From positions 32,001-96,000 of IMG/VR virus record IMGVR_UViG_3300037516_001783: 64,000 nt of DNA; one strand, written 5' to 3'. The stretch comes from a virus. Within the stretch, counting starts at the first letter, position 1. Each line of letters opens with the position of its first letter. Shown piece by piece: positions 9,117 to 18,207 of the stretch. A program made the translations under genes and the position numbers. Below the pieces are notes generated by a model, which was not told the DNA's origin, did not search any database, and was given only the letters and a program-made list of their open reading frames with translations.

Positions 9117-11171
9117 TTATTTAAAATTTATATCGTCTTCAATTACACCACCTAATAAATAATCAAATGCCTTTTTGATATTCACTTTCTTTAAACTCTC
9201 AGCATAATAATCTTTCCAATCTTCATATTGGTCTTGAGTTTCTTTTGGTAAATTTCCGAAAGTCATTTTTGCTTCTTTTATGTTACCTAAAGTTCTAACT
9301 TGTAAATCAGATTCTGGTAAGTTCTTTTGGTTCTTAACTAAAACGTCATACAACTCTTTGTTTTGTTCAAAGTTGTCATATCCGTCTCTTAATTTACCAT
9401 CCAACATTGTAGACATAGCATACAGCATTTGTTTTTTATCCAAATCTATATGTATAGGTTTACTTCTACCTTTAAGAGCAGCAGAGTCTTGGCTATCATC
9501 CAAACCTTTATTTGTAATGAAGTTTAACTTACCATGGAAATCAAATTCGTCTGGAATATCTTTAACATTTTCACCTGTTAAATCGGCTATCTTCTTTTTG
9601 AAAGTTGGTGTTATTGTTATCTTTGGAGTTTTACCTTCAAAGTTCTTAAGTAAGTTAATTGTTTTAGGATTAAACAACATACTATCACTGTCATCGAATG
9701 AAAGTAATGTTTTAGAACCCTCTTGTCCTCTATATTTATACAGATATGCAAGGAAATCACCGTAATTGAATCCCGTACCTTTCAATTCAACATAAGAACC
9801 GTTTGGATGCTCTTCTGGGTCGTAAGGTTGGTCTTTATTTATTTTGTCATAACCAAGTTCTCCCAATGCAGCTTTTTCTACATTGTATGATTTACCAACT
9901 CCTGCTTTACCACTAATTATTGTCATTAATTTAGGACTTTCGTCACTCATTAATGTTTTAATACTACCGATAATAGAATGAGCTGTTGAAGTGATTTCTC
10001 TTTTTTGATTATCGTCTAATCCTATACTTTGGTCACCGTTCCAACCAGCACCTGTTTTTGGATTATACTCACCATCCTTTAACTTTTGGATACCAAGTTT
10101 CTTTTTCTCGTCTTCAGAAAGTTTGGAAACGTCTACTTTTTCAGGTTTCTTAGTTTCTTCTTTAACCTTATCACTTTTCGGTTTTTCAGTTTTATCTTCA
10201 GAACCTTCTTTTGGATTTTCAGGTTTACTATCACCTTCTCCTTCAGCACGTTTATCATCAGGTTTAGAATCTTCTGTTTTATTATCAGCTTTTTTGTCAC
10301 CTTCCTTATTTTTATAAGGGTTTCGGTCATCTTCAGAATTTATGTATTCCTCACCTCTTTTAGCTAACTCTTTTTTTGCTGAATCAACTAAAATTCTTGC
10401 CTTTGGATTGTCATGTTCTTTGTCTAAAAAATTCTTTAAATCTTCAGTAGATGACTTTTTAGCATGAGATTCAACTTTTTTGTTATCCTGATAGATAGAA
10501 TGATAATCGTAATCAGAACTCTTGCCCTTTGGATTTTCAACCTTCTTATTAGACGGTTCGTTTGCATTATTATCTTCTTGTTTTGTGGTTTTAACTTCTG
10601 ATTGATTATCGTCATTTTTGACCCACTTTTTCATGTGTCTACCTAGCTTATCAACGATATCTTTGATATGTAGCTTACTCATGTTTAAACCCTTATTAAA
10701 CTCATCTGAATATGGGTTTGGTTGGGTTAAACTTGTAATGCTTTTTTCTAAATCTCTTTGATTAACAAAATCAAAATAATGGCTTAAAATTTCACCTTGA
10801 TTATCTAAGAAGTCAAATTCAGTTAAATCGTCATCACAAATAAGTTCATATTTATCATGTTCAAAATTTAGTATAGCAGATTCAACATCATACTCACCTT
10901 CATTTCTAACTAAAAAGTAATTAACTTCAAAATCTTCTTCACCGTTGTTTTCAATTGTTTTAAACAACAAAGAAATATCATTAGACTTTACATCTATTGA
11001 TATTTCTTCTTTTAATTCTCTTATTGCAGTTTCTATAGGCTCTTCACCGTCTTCAACTAAACCTCCTGGAAGGTTCCAACATAAATCTCCATAAGTTGCT
11101 GTAAAACTCCTTCTTAAAATAAGTACATTGGAATCCCAATCTGGTAAAATGGCTACAGAATATACGTTCAT
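9117..11171 (-). CDS. Nudix hydrolase - charged linker - AAA+ ATPase fusion
   Basis: Nudix box GGLVEDGEEPIETAIRELKEEISI; Walker A GKAGVGKS, Walker B LLSFDDSD, FHGKLNFITN, ALKGRS; start set at ATG 11171. Confidence 0.8.
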   Translation of the reverse strand: MNVYSVAILPDWDSNVLILRRSFTATYGDLCWNLPGGLVEDGEEPIETAIRELKEEISIDVKSNDISLLFKTIENNGEEDFEVNYFLVRNEGEYDVESAILNFEHDKYELICDDDLTEFDFLDNQGEILSHYFDFVNQRDLEKSITSLTQPNPYSDEFNKGLNMSKLHIKDIVDKLGRHMKKWVKNDDNQSEVKTTKQEDNNANEPSNKKVENPKGKSSDYDYHSIYQDNKKVESHAKKSSTEDLKNFLDKEHDNPKARILVDSAKKELAKRGEEYINSEDDRNPYKNKEGDKKADNKTEDSKPDDKRAEGEGDSKPENPKEGSEDKTEKPKSDKVKEETKKPEKVDVSKLSEDEKKKLGIQKLKDGEYNPKTGAGWNGDQSIGLDDNQKREITSTAHSIIGSIKTLMSDESPKLMTIISGKAGVGKSYNVEKAALGELGYDKINKDQPYDPEEHPNGSYVELKGTGFNYGDFLAYLYKYRGQEGSKTLLSFDDSDSMLFNPKTINLLKNFEGKTPKITITPTFKKKIADLTGENVKDIPDEFDFHGKLNFITNKGLDDSQDSAALKGRSKPIHIDLDKKQMLYAMSTMLDGKLRDGYDNFEQNKELYDVLVKNQKNLPESDLQVRTLGNIKEAKMTFGNLPKETQDQYEDWKDYYAESLKKVNIKKAFDYLLGGVIEDDINFK

Positions 11172-11203
11172 TGTTTTATAAAATAACAATAAAAATATAA
11201 CTG

Positions 11204-11422
11204 TTAAGGGTTAATTGGCTTATAACAAGTCTCTGGATTATCGTCAAATTTTCTTATAATATCTACAAAATCAGAGTATTTCATACCATGAACTTTGGAA
11301 AAATCTTCAGCATCCAAATCTTTAGATTTGATGTCAACAAGAAACTTCCAATTCAAATACAAGTCGTACTGATAATCTAAATCAGCCAATAAACCTGTTG
11401 AGTTCTCAAATCCACCTTCCAT
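11204..11422 (-). CDS. Small acidic protein downstream of GNAT gene
   Basis: 72 aa, Asp-rich, 7 nt after the stop of 11430-12833. Confidence 0.6.
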   Translation of the reverse strand: MEGGFENSTGLLADLDYQYDLYLNWKFLVDIKSKDLDAEDFSKVHGMKYSDFVDIIRKFDDNPETCYKPINP

Positions 11423-11429
11423 ATCGTAA

Positions 11430-12833
11430 TTAATCTAAATTAAGTTTTTCTTTTGATAACAATTTTTCAAAAGTTTTTCTTTGAATATCATTTGTTAAGT
11501 CTAACTCACCGTCCCAACTTGAACCTGAATTTTTAAAGAAAACATTTTGTTCATGTTTGTTTAATTTTTTAGCTAAAGATTTCAACATGTACCTGTCTCC
11601 AACTTTGTCTAATTCAATTGTACTAACACTGTTATTTATTTTGTCAAGTTGATGTTCAGTTGGGTGGAAATATATTTCATATTTGAATTTTATTTTATCA
11701 CCAACTTGTTTACTATCACCTATCCTTGTTACTTTATAATTAAAACTATCCTCTTCAGAAGGTACATAAGTATCTGAATCTTGATAGTCAAGTTCGTCTT
11801 GGAAAGTATCACCACTCAAATCAGCAGTTTTAACAACCCCATCTTTTGAAATGTACTTAATTTCAGGTTTTTCACCTACCTTATGTTCACAGAAACCTCT
11901 GGCAATTAAAGTTGGTTTTATAGAACCTGAATCATTACTTTTAACAACATATCTGATGAAATTTTCTCTCATCCTTTTAACGTCACTTTCTGAAGCTGAG
12001 AAACCCCAATTCCCCCAAACAGACACACCTGTAAGCACTTCACTTTGTGTTTGTGAATTTGCTTGTACTGAAATTTTCTTAACTCCTAACTCCTTGTATT
12101 TGTCATAAAAGTTAGACATTAACTTTCTAGCAAAGTCAGTATTTCTAAGTGTTTCAGAACAACCAAAACTTGAGTGGTAAACAGAACCATCTGGTCTAAT
12201 TACTCTTGAAATCTGAAAATGTTTTGGTTGGCTAAAACCAAACTCATCAGTTGAAGCAGAATCCTCAGACATGTGAACTCTTATTGTTCCGTCAGAATCA
12301 CAAAAGAACCTTTTGTCAGAAACATTTCTTCCATTAGTGTTAGGAATGTAACTATCTATCAATTCATTACAACCTTTATAAAGGTCTGCTATATCATGAC
12401 CTTCCCAATGTTTGTTAAAATTGTTAATAGAAGTTTGGTCTGATTCAACCCTTACATTTTTTAACTTCTCTAATGTAAGTTCTGGTTTTTTAACACCGTA
12501 AGCTTCATCTGTAATTCTATCAACTTGCTTTAACACTTCTTCCTTTTTAAATTGGAAGCTGTTACCTTTCTCAACCTGTTTTAATGAATGTGATATTACA
12601 GATTGCTGGTGAAAATATTCAGCTTTTTTCAATAACTTTTTAGCCAATTCTTTTTCAGTTGAAGATAACATTTTATCTTCATTTACAGCATTAATATCTC
12701 TAATTTTTACATAAATTATGTGAGAATTTTTATCAAGTTTTTGTTGATATTCAGGATTCCCCTTCTTATGTATATTTTGTAATCCACCTTTGACAATTAC
12801 ACTGTCAAAGGCTTTTTTCAATTCATCTTGCAT
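11430..12833 (-). CDS. Putative head protein with GNAT-like acetyltransferase domain
   Basis: VYHSSF...LRNTDFARKLM...YKELGVKKISVQAN...GVSVWGNWGF matches the GNAT pattern of phage polyvalent/MuF-fused proteins; N-terminal ELKKAF and IVKGG sites. Confidence 0.6.
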   Translation of the reverse strand: MQDELKKAFDSVIVKGGLQNIHKKGNPEYQQKLDKNSHIIYVKIRDINAVNEDKMLSSTEKELAKKLLKKAEYFHQQSVISHSLKQVEKGNSFQFKKEEVLKQVDRITDEAYGVKKPELTLEKLKNVRVESDQTSINNFNKHWEGHDIADLYKGCNELIDSYIPNTNGRNVSDKRFFCDSDGTIRVHMSEDSASTDEFGFSQPKHFQISRVIRPDGSVYHSSFGCSETLRNTDFARKLMSNFYDKYKELGVKKISVQANSQTQSEVLTGVSVWGNWGFSASESDVKRMRENFIRYVVKSNDSGSIKPTLIARGFCEHKVGEKPEIKYISKDGVVKTADLSGDTFQDELDYQDSDTYVPSEEDSFNYKVTRIGDSKQVGDKIKFKYEIYFHPTEHQLDKINNSVSTIELDKVGDRYMLKSLAKKLNKHEQNVFFKNSGSSWDGELDLTNDIQRKTFEKLLSKEKLNLD

Positions 12834-12834
12834 A

Positions 12835-15057
12835 TTATAATATTAATGAGTTAAATGCTTTTTCTATATCAACGTCTACAATGAATAAACTTCCCGAATC
12901 CAATGATTTCATTAATTTTTTAACAACATTTTCTTCGTTACCATTTTCACTCCTAAAGAAGTGCATACATTTAATAACACCTTCTTCGTTCTTGTAAGAA
13001 TTCTTAATTTTGTCTATGTTTTTAGCCATAAAATTAAGAGCATCTTTGTATTCACTGTAAGTGTAGTTCTGTCCTTTTAGGTTTGTAAATCCAATACCTA
13101 ATTGTTCTCTTTTATTTATAAGATATTTAGAACGCTCTATAAAGGTATCAGGAGTTTCCTTTATATTTGCTAACATACTTCTTGATTGAATTGGCTGTGG
13201 AGCATTATCTAATGAAGAAGTGATAAAAACACACTTACCTTTGAATTGGAATTTTTCTGGTAAGTCGTTTGGGTGAGTTATGCTTTTTGGGTCAACCTTT
13301 CCAGACTCTTCGTCAGTTTCATATTTCCAACCACCTTGTCTAAGAGCGTCACCATAAGCACCGTTATCTTCAAAGTCAGAAGGTTTAAAATCAGGTTTAT
13401 AACGACCTGTATTAACACTTGTCAACCAAGCAACTTCACCATCACCAGATGTATCTAATGCTCCTTTTAACAAACCTTGACCAAGATTGCTTTCTAAAAC
13501 CTTATCAGCAGAGTTGTCAAAAACAATTGTCTTAAAGTTATGTTTAAACAAAGTTTCGTATAATGATTTCTCTGTTAAACCACCTCCTGCTGAGGAAATA
13601 ACAACATATTGATTACTTACAGGTTCCTCACCATCTTCAGGTTCGTATTCTAAGTTTTGTTGTTTCTGTAATGTACAAACTTCATGAGAATTTTGCATAC
13701 CTTTTTGTTTTAAGTAGGTAGTAACATTATTCGCATTTGTATCAGCAACAACAGCACATTTAACTTGGTTTCCTGTTACCATATCTAAAGAGTTGTAAAA
13801 CGAATCAAAGTTTTCAACTATAGACATTTCAGGCTTATCTTTCAATAAAATCTTATCAGCTTCAACCTCCCATTTCATCCCCTTTTTAGAGAAGAAATCT
13901 CTGATAGCATTACACTTTGTTAAAGTTCTACCACTTAACTCCTCTAAATTTCTCCAATTTTTAGCAAAGTAATTAGCAATACTTTCTTTCTCCTCATCTG
14001 TAACTTCTACTTTATTACCTAATGCGTCTTGGAATTTTAGAGAACTGTTAATCTTACCATAATTAGGATTCTCGATTCCGTTAATCATTTTCCTACCATC
14101 ATGTAAGATTTTATCATTTAACAGGTCCCAAGTTTCCTTTTTAGTTAATCGTAAGTTTAAGTTATCAGAATTTGTTAAAATCCTTTGGAAATTTTCAGCT
14201 TTTGGTCCATGTTTTTCAGCTTGTTTATCTAAATTCACATTAGATATTAACATAACACTACCATCGAAGTCAAATCTTGGAGGAACACCATCAGAAGTTT
14301 TCTCATGTACATTACCACTTTTAGGGTTTGTAAGAGTTACACTTCCTGTGTTAGAAGATATTGAGGTTAAAATATTCAACATGGCTGGGTCATCAAAAAC
14401 CATATCAAAATCATCCAAAATAATCTTCTTATCTTTATTGTTATAAAGCATTTCAAAGAAACCTCCGGGAGTTGTACCACCTGTGAACTTTACAACATCA
14501 CCATTTTCAAGACCTTCTTTGATTTTTGTATTTTGTAATACAGTAAAAGTTTTACCAACACCACCTGAACCTGAAGCAATAGAAAGTCTAAGAGATTTAT
14601 CATCAGCAAAATTTGATACCATTTTCTCCCACTCAATCATCCTTTCAGCTGGAGAGCCATAAATATCATAATCTAAACCACCTTCATCTTCATCAGAAAC
14701 AACTTTTTTCTCACTTGGTTTAACTTCACCTTCTGGTGTAATTGGTGCACTACCTTCACCGTCATGAGGGAATACTAATTTGTTAGGTGATTTGTCATGA
14801 CGTCTTCCTGTTTGGTCTTTCAACTTAACATATCCGTCATCTTTAACACCAACAATTGTATGTTCTTCACCGTTGTATAAAGCAACATCACCTTCTTTAA
14901 CATGTAAATGTTCGTCAGTAACTTCATCCTTTTTTACCCAAGTTAATCTCTTGTGGATTCCATGAGCACCATGAACAAGTATAAATTTTGGAACCAACTT
15001 ACCACCGTGTGATAAGTCTGCAGCCTTCTCTATGTCTGTTTCTAAATTATTTAACAT
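12835..15057 (-). CDS. SH3/KOW module plus tandem AAA+ ATPase domains
   Basis: DIEKA at both termini; GSGGVGKT, IILDDFD, FDGSVMLISN; second domain IVFDNSAD, FKGKCVFITS, PIQSRS. Confidence 0.75.
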   Translation of the reverse strand: MLNNLETDIEKAADLSHGGKLVPKFILVHGAHGIHKRLTWVKKDEVTDEHLHVKEGDVALYNGEEHTIVGVKDDGYVKLKDQTGRRHDKSPNKLVFPHDGEGSAPITPEGEVKPSEKKVVSDEDEGGLDYDIYGSPAERMIEWEKMVSNFADDKSLRLSIASGSGGVGKTFTVLQNTKIKEGLENGDVVKFTGGTTPGGFFEMLYNNKDKKIILDDFDMVFDDPAMLNILTSISSNTGSVTLTNPKSGNVHEKTSDGVPPRFDFDGSVMLISNVNLDKQAEKHGPKAENFQRILTNSDNLNLRLTKKETWDLLNDKILHDGRKMINGIENPNYGKINSSLKFQDALGNKVEVTDEEKESIANYFAKNWRNLEELSGRTLTKCNAIRDFFSKKGMKWEVEADKILLKDKPEMSIVENFDSFYNSLDMVTGNQVKCAVVADTNANNVTTYLKQKGMQNSHEVCTLQKQQNLEYEPEDGEEPVSNQYVVISSAGGGLTEKSLYETLFKHNFKTIVFDNSADKVLESNLGQGLLKGALDTSGDGEVAWLTSVNTGRYKPDFKPSDFEDNGAYGDALRQGGWKYETDEESGKVDPKSITHPNDLPEKFQFKGKCVFITSSLDNAPQPIQSRSMLANIKETPDTFIERSKYLINKREQLGIGFTNLKGQNYTYSEYKDALNFMAKNIDKIKNSYKNEEGVIKCMHFFRSENGNEENVVKKLMKSLDSGSLFIVDVDIEKAFNSLIL

Positions 15058-15071
15058 TACCTTATATTTTA

Positions 15072-16634
15072 TTATTCAAACGGATTCTCACTATCATCTG
15101 TTGGCATATCAGAATAATCTTCTTCACCATCTTCAGGTTGTACTTCACCACCTTCTTGTTCACCACCCATACCCATTTGTTGTGCAGCCATTTTGAATTG
15201 TGAGTAAGTACTTGACATAACATTATCTGCAGCTGGGTCTTTAATTTTTGGATAACCAAGTTCTTCTCTAACTTCATTTAAAGTTGCAAAGTTGGTTACT
15301 TTCTTAACTGCCATATCCAATTCCTCTGACTGACTTAATGCATCTATTCCAACGAACGATAAATAATAATCCTTATCTAATTGGTTTACCACATATTTAT
15401 TTAGTCTGGAAGCTATGAATTTTAAAAGTGGGTATAAACCTTTGTCCTTACTATGTTTTAATTTACCTTCATTATTACTTTCAAATAATGCTCTGTTTTC
15501 AGCTCCACCACTTTGTGAGAAACCTATTTCTTCTGGAGATATACAGTAAATTGCACAAGCTGTTTTGATAAGGTAATCTTGCCAAGCCTTAAACTCCATG
15601 TCTTTATTGGCAGTTTGAAGGTTGATGAATTCCATCTTTCCAGCTTCCATAACAGGAGTCTTCCAAGCATTATGAACTCCAGAAACCATTGCTTGCCACT
15701 GTTGTTTAAATTCTTGGATTTTTGCTGGTGAAACTGAACCGTCTACACGAATAATACCTTTAGGTGCTGAACCTTGTGAGAAGAATCTTCTGTTATACTC
15801 ATCTGACCATAACATAGAAGTTATTGTTGTTACAAGTTCTTCAAGTTCTGAAACTCCGTAACCAAAATTATGAATATCACTTTCTGGATTTCTAACACCA
15901 AAACATAATTCCCAAGGATAAAAATCTGCTACAACCTGACCATTGTCTACTTGACAAAATGACGGATAATAACCTTTGATTTTTTCTTTGTTTTGGTTTT
16001 GATAACTATCATCATCAACACTATCAGATATCCTAAAAGTAGATGCGTCTGTGGCAATGAATTCTATTGGTAAACCTTTTCTGTTGTAAATAACCTCAAA
16101 AGTCAATTGGTCAAAAACTAATGAATCTCTTGTTACTTTTCTTATGAAACTGTCAAAATCATCTGCTTCCCAAGAGTTGTTTGTACCACAATTCAAAATA
16201 AATTGCGTTATTTCATCAACCCTAGCTTGTTCTGCTTTTGTTAATTTTGAGTTTTCCTTACCTCTTTTTAAAATCTTAAATCCTGTACTGAATTTATCCT
16301 TCTGAGGTTCAGCAAATGCGGCAACTTGATTTACCCTTGTCTTAATAATAGCACTAATAACAGGAACTCTTGCCATACGTTTTAAATTGTCGTATGACAT
16401 CCCCATAGCTTTATCCTTGTAACCTAAAGAAGTTGCAAAATCTAATGGGTCAATTAATATAGATTTTCTATCAGAAAGTTCTCTGTTCTCTATGTATTTA
16501 CTTGCGATTGCTTGTGCTTTTACTAACTCATTTGGGTCTGTAGAAGATAGTGCACTGCCAACCAAAGACATTTTCTTAGCTAATATCTTTTCCTCTAAAG
16601 TATTTAAGATGTTTATTTTTTCTATTCTACCCAT
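15072..16634 (-). CDS. Portal protein
   Basis: AIIKTRVNQV, FIRKVTRDSLVFDQLTFE, RNPESD..FGYGVSELE, YNRRFFSQGSAPKG, KDMEF, ISPEEIGF, SKDKGLYPLL, TLNEVR: Twort-like portal motifs. Confidence 0.93.
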   Translation of the reverse strand: MGRIEKINILNTLEEKILAKKMSLVGSALSSTDPNELVKAQAIASKYIENRELSDRKSILIDPLDFATSLGYKDKAMGMSYDNLKRMARVPVISAIIKTRVNQVAAFAEPQKDKFSTGFKILKRGKENSKLTKAEQARVDEITQFILNCGTNNSWEADDFDSFIRKVTRDSLVFDQLTFEVIYNRKGLPIEFIATDASTFRISDSVDDDSYQNQNKEKIKGYYPSFCQVDNGQVVADFYPWELCFGVRNPESDIHNFGYGVSELEELVTTITSMLWSDEYNRRFFSQGSAPKGIIRVDGSVSPAKIQEFKQQWQAMVSGVHNAWKTPVMEAGKMEFINLQTANKDMEFKAWQDYLIKTACAIYCISPEEIGFSQSGGAENRALFESNNEGKLKHSKDKGLYPLLKFIASRLNKYVVNQLDKDYYLSFVGIDALSQSEELDMAVKKVTNFATLNEVREELGYPKIKDPAADNVMSSTYSQFKMAAQQMGMGGEQEGGEVQPEDGEEDYSDMPTDDSENPFE

Positions 16635-16708
16635 CACAGTTAATTAAAAACAAAACACAGTAAAATTCACCTGTTTTAAAAAATATAACTGTTTGTATGG
16701 AAACAATT

Positions 16709-16740
16709 ATTAAGGGATGTTAATAACAACACCCCTTAAT
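16709..16740 (-). terminator. Probable terminator before portal
   Basis: attaagggatgtt/aacaccccttaat imperfect inverted repeat. Confidence 0.55.
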
Positions 16741-16754
16741 TTAAAATAATTTGA

Positions 16755-17246
16755 CTATTGGATTGTAACTTTTAACATTTCAATAATGTCTTCCATCTCC
16801 TTAATTTTAAGATTGACAGTATTTACTCTACATTCGTCGTCAGCAACTAATTGGTATTTTTTCACACCACCTTTTAACCTATCCTCAACACTTTTAGCTT
16901 CACCTGTGATGATGTAACCGTATTGGTCTAAAAATGCAATTTTTGTTAATAAATCCTCTTTTGATTCTGAACACTTTTTCAGTAAATCTTTTACTTCAAA
17001 CCATTCATTACCAACAATATTGTGTAAGTTGTAAAATAAAGCAAAAGCTTTCGATTTATTATCTCTAAGGTATTCCATGTGTGAATACTTAGCTACAGAA
17101 TCTTCAACAACTTCTAAAACATCAGCAAAATTTCTAATAACTTCTACAGGTGATAAACCTGTAGACTTTAATTCAGGAAGTTCTGGAGAGGTCATTAAAA
17201 ACTCACCTGATTCTTGCTTTTCAATACTTAAATTAATTTTGTTCAT
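16755..17246 (-). CDS. HicB-like N-terminal domain fused to winged-helix-like domain
   Basis: LSIEKQESGEFLMTSPELPELKSTGLSPVEVIRNFADVL fits the HicB partial RNase-H fold pattern; C-terminal helix-helix-wing pattern. Confidence 0.55.
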   Translation of the reverse strand: MNKINLSIEKQESGEFLMTSPELPELKSTGLSPVEVIRNFADVLEVVEDSVAKYSHMEYLRDNKSKAFALFYNLHNIVGNEWFEVKDLLKKCSESKEDLLTKIAFLDQYGYIITGEAKSVEDRLKGGVKKYQLVADDECRVNTVNLKIKEMEDIIEMLKVTIQ

Positions 17247-18195
17247 CTTTTAATATATTAGACAATGTGAATTCACCTTTGTAAGTGAATGTATTTAATT
17301 TTGACTTAAATTCCTCCTGTAATTGTAATTGATGTTGTTCTGATAACCAACAAGTTTTCAATTGCATTAATTTAGCATTCCTATAAACTTTTTCAGCAAG
17401 AGCAACTTCATCTTTCTTAAATTTGAAGTGTGCATTTATCAATAAAGCAATGAACTCAATATATCCACTATCCCAGAATTCACAACCCAATAGTGAATTT
17501 TCATTCGCTTTTTGTACAATTCCTTCTGCCGTTTTATCACCCATTCCTGTACAGATATTCGGGACATTATCACCACCATCACCAACTAATATTTTCTTTA
17601 ATGTGAACTCGTTGTTATTAACTTCTATGTATTTAACCTTATCTGAATTTTTAAGTTGTACCATCTTACCTTTAGCATGATACAATTTCAAATTAGAGCT
17701 GTTATTACAATAAACAAAATTGTTACCTGTAACAGACTGAACCATATCAGCGTCTCCAGTAACAATTATTTGTGAATCACTTTTACTGTTCTTAGCGAGT
17801 TGTTCAACCCAATAAACTAACAGGTCATCACCTTCTAAACCTTCTATGCTTGAAATGATAAATCCTCTGGTTGACATAAACCTTTTGAATTTATCCATTA
17901 TAGCATAAAAGTTCTTCCAACCTTCTTCATCTGAAGGGTCTTTTATTTTATTTTTGTATTCTGGGTAGTACTCTTTTCTCCAAGATTTACCTAAGTCAAA
18001 AACAATTACAATCCTACCTATTTCTGTAAAATTATTGATTGCGTAACAACAATCAGTGATACATTTTCTGAAGAAAATACCTTGTTGTTCTTTTGTTTGA
18101 AGTGCATCTGTTAAGGTAGCATCTTGTCCCCAACCCTTTAATACACTAACACTTTTATGGAATAAATAATTCCCATCAATAATTATATTGTTCAT
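17233..18195 (-). CDS. 5'-3' exonuclease / T4 RNase H-like flap nuclease
   Basis: IIIDGNYL, SWRKEYYPEYK, GLEGDD, TGDADMVQ, KILVGDGGDNVP. Confidence 0.9.
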   Translation of the reverse strand: MNNIIIDGNYLFHKSVSVLKGWGQDATLTDALQTKEQQGIFFRKCITDCCYAINNFTEIGRIVIVFDLGKSWRKEYYPEYKNKIKDPSDEEGWKNFYAIMDKFKRFMSTRGFIISSIEGLEGDDLLVYWVEQLAKNSKSDSQIIVTGDADMVQSVTGNNFVYCNNSSNLKLYHAKGKMVQLKNSDKVKYIEVNNNEFTLKKILVGDGGDNVPNICTGMGDKTAEGIVQKANENSLLGCEFWDSGYIEFIALLINAHFKFKKDEVALAEKVYRNAKLMQLKTCWLSEQHQLQLQEEFKSKLNTFTYKGEFTLSNILKDEQN

Positions 18196-18207
18196 TAAAT
18201 GATTAAA

